Assembly: GCA_002269645.1 (NCBI GenBank)
Contig: NIVC01000091.1
Location: 1 to 34,470 of the forward strand
DNA from: Macrostomum lignano
Lineage: Eukaryota
Direction: 5' to 3'
DNA length: 34,470 nt
Position 1 is the stretch's first letter; every line of letters begins with the position of its first letter. Of this stretch, positions 33,601 to 34,470 are shown piece after piece. The notes below the pieces were generated by a model. That model had not been told where the DNA came from. It ran no database searches and worked only from the letters and a program-made list of their open reading frames with translations. A program made the position numbers and the translations under genes.

Positions 33601-34470
33601 TCTCTGAAGCAACCGCTTCCGGTCACGGCGATCTCCTCCTTGAATCGCACTCTGCTCTCGTTGTAGCTCGTCTCTCTGAAGCAACCGCTTCCGGTCACGG
33701 CGATCTCCTCCTTGAATCGCACTCTGCTCTCGTTGTAGCTCGTCTCTCTGAAAGCAACCGCTTCCGGTCACGGCGATCTCCTCCTTGAACTGCACTCTGC
33801 TTTCATTGAGACTCATTTCTCTGAAGCAACCGCTTCCGGTCACGGCGATCTCCTCCTTGACTGCACTCTGCTTTCATTGAGACTCATTTCTCTGAAGCAA
33901 CCGCTTCCGGTCACGGCGATCTCCTCCTTGAATCGCACTCTGCTCTCGTTGTAGCTCGTCTCTCTGAAGCAACCGCTTCCGGTCACGGCGATCTCCTCCT
34001 TGAATCGCACTCTGCTCTCGTTGTAGCTCGTCTCTCTGAAGCAACCGCTTCCGGTCACGGCGATCTCCTCCTTGCACTGCACTCTGCTCTCGTTGTAGCT
34101 CGTTTCTGAAGCAACCGCTTCCGGTCACGGCGATCTCCTCCTTGAACTGCACTCTGCTTTCATTGATACTCATTTCTCTGAAGCAACCGCTTCCGGTCAC
34201 GGCGATCTCCTCCTTGAATCGCACTCTGCTCTCGTTGTAGCTCGTCTCTCTGAAGCAACCGCTTCCGGTCACGGCGATCTCCTCCTTGAATCGCACTCTG
34301 CTCTCGTTGTAGCTCGTCTCTCTGAAGCAACCGCTTCCGGTCACGGCGATCTCCTCCTTGAATCGCACTCTGCTCTCGTTGTAGCTCGTCTCTCTGAAGC
34401 AACCGCTTCCGGTCACGGCGATCTCCTCCTTGAATCGCACTCTGCTCTCGTTGTAGCTCGTCTCTCTGAA
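27693..34470 (-). CDS. Giant repeat protein, large repeat-containing exon (5' end outside window; apparent frameshifts above ~29436)
   Basis: One frame runs from the 24-aa repeats through diverged repeats and a Ser-rich unique region to candidate donor AG/GTTTGG at 27692, phase 2, matching the next exon. The donor is weak. Repeated 1-2-nt indels occur above ~29436. Confidence 0.7.
28579..34470 (-). repeat. 72-bp coding tandem repeat, ~82 copies, unit ESRV(R/Q)FKEEIAVTGSGCFRE(TSY/MSL)N
   Basis: Exact 72-bp period with two interspersed unit variants. About 6 diverged units continue at 28150-28578. The array runs off the window end. Confidence 0.97.

Noticed and set aside
32130-33788. 552-aa plus-strand ORF (SEATASGHGDLLLESHSALVVARL repeats)
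   Set aside because: It is an antisense shadow of the 72-bp array, with no link to unique coding sequence or splice sites.
27488-34440. Trichohyalin-like REQSAIQGGDRRDRKRLLQRDELQ frame as the true product
   Set aside because: Only the ESRVRF frame continues into the diverged units and unique exons. This frame appears only after indels.

Overview
Eukaryotic (metazoan) genomic DNA, not prokaryotic: GC-rich exons, GT-AG introns, tRNA-derived SINEs and about 14 different tandem arrays covering roughly 16 of 34.5 kb. This layout resembles a free-living flatworm such as Macrostomum (inference only). Supported genes: a spliced kelch-repeat gene (+, three exons whose phases match, first coding exon not found); intronless MRPL53 and SLC35E3 (+); a four-coding-exon gene for a ~78-aa secreted acidic protein (-) absent from the ORF track; and the 3' end of a very large minus-strand gene. 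Its big exon holds ~82 near-identical 72-bp (24-aa) repeats, each with an RVxF-type motif, grading into ~6 diverged units. A decayed THAP/P-element-like relic (-, 4654-5971) lies in an almost CpG-free block. Most long ORFs in the track are by-products of non-coding minisatellites. All coordinates and counts were made by eye.
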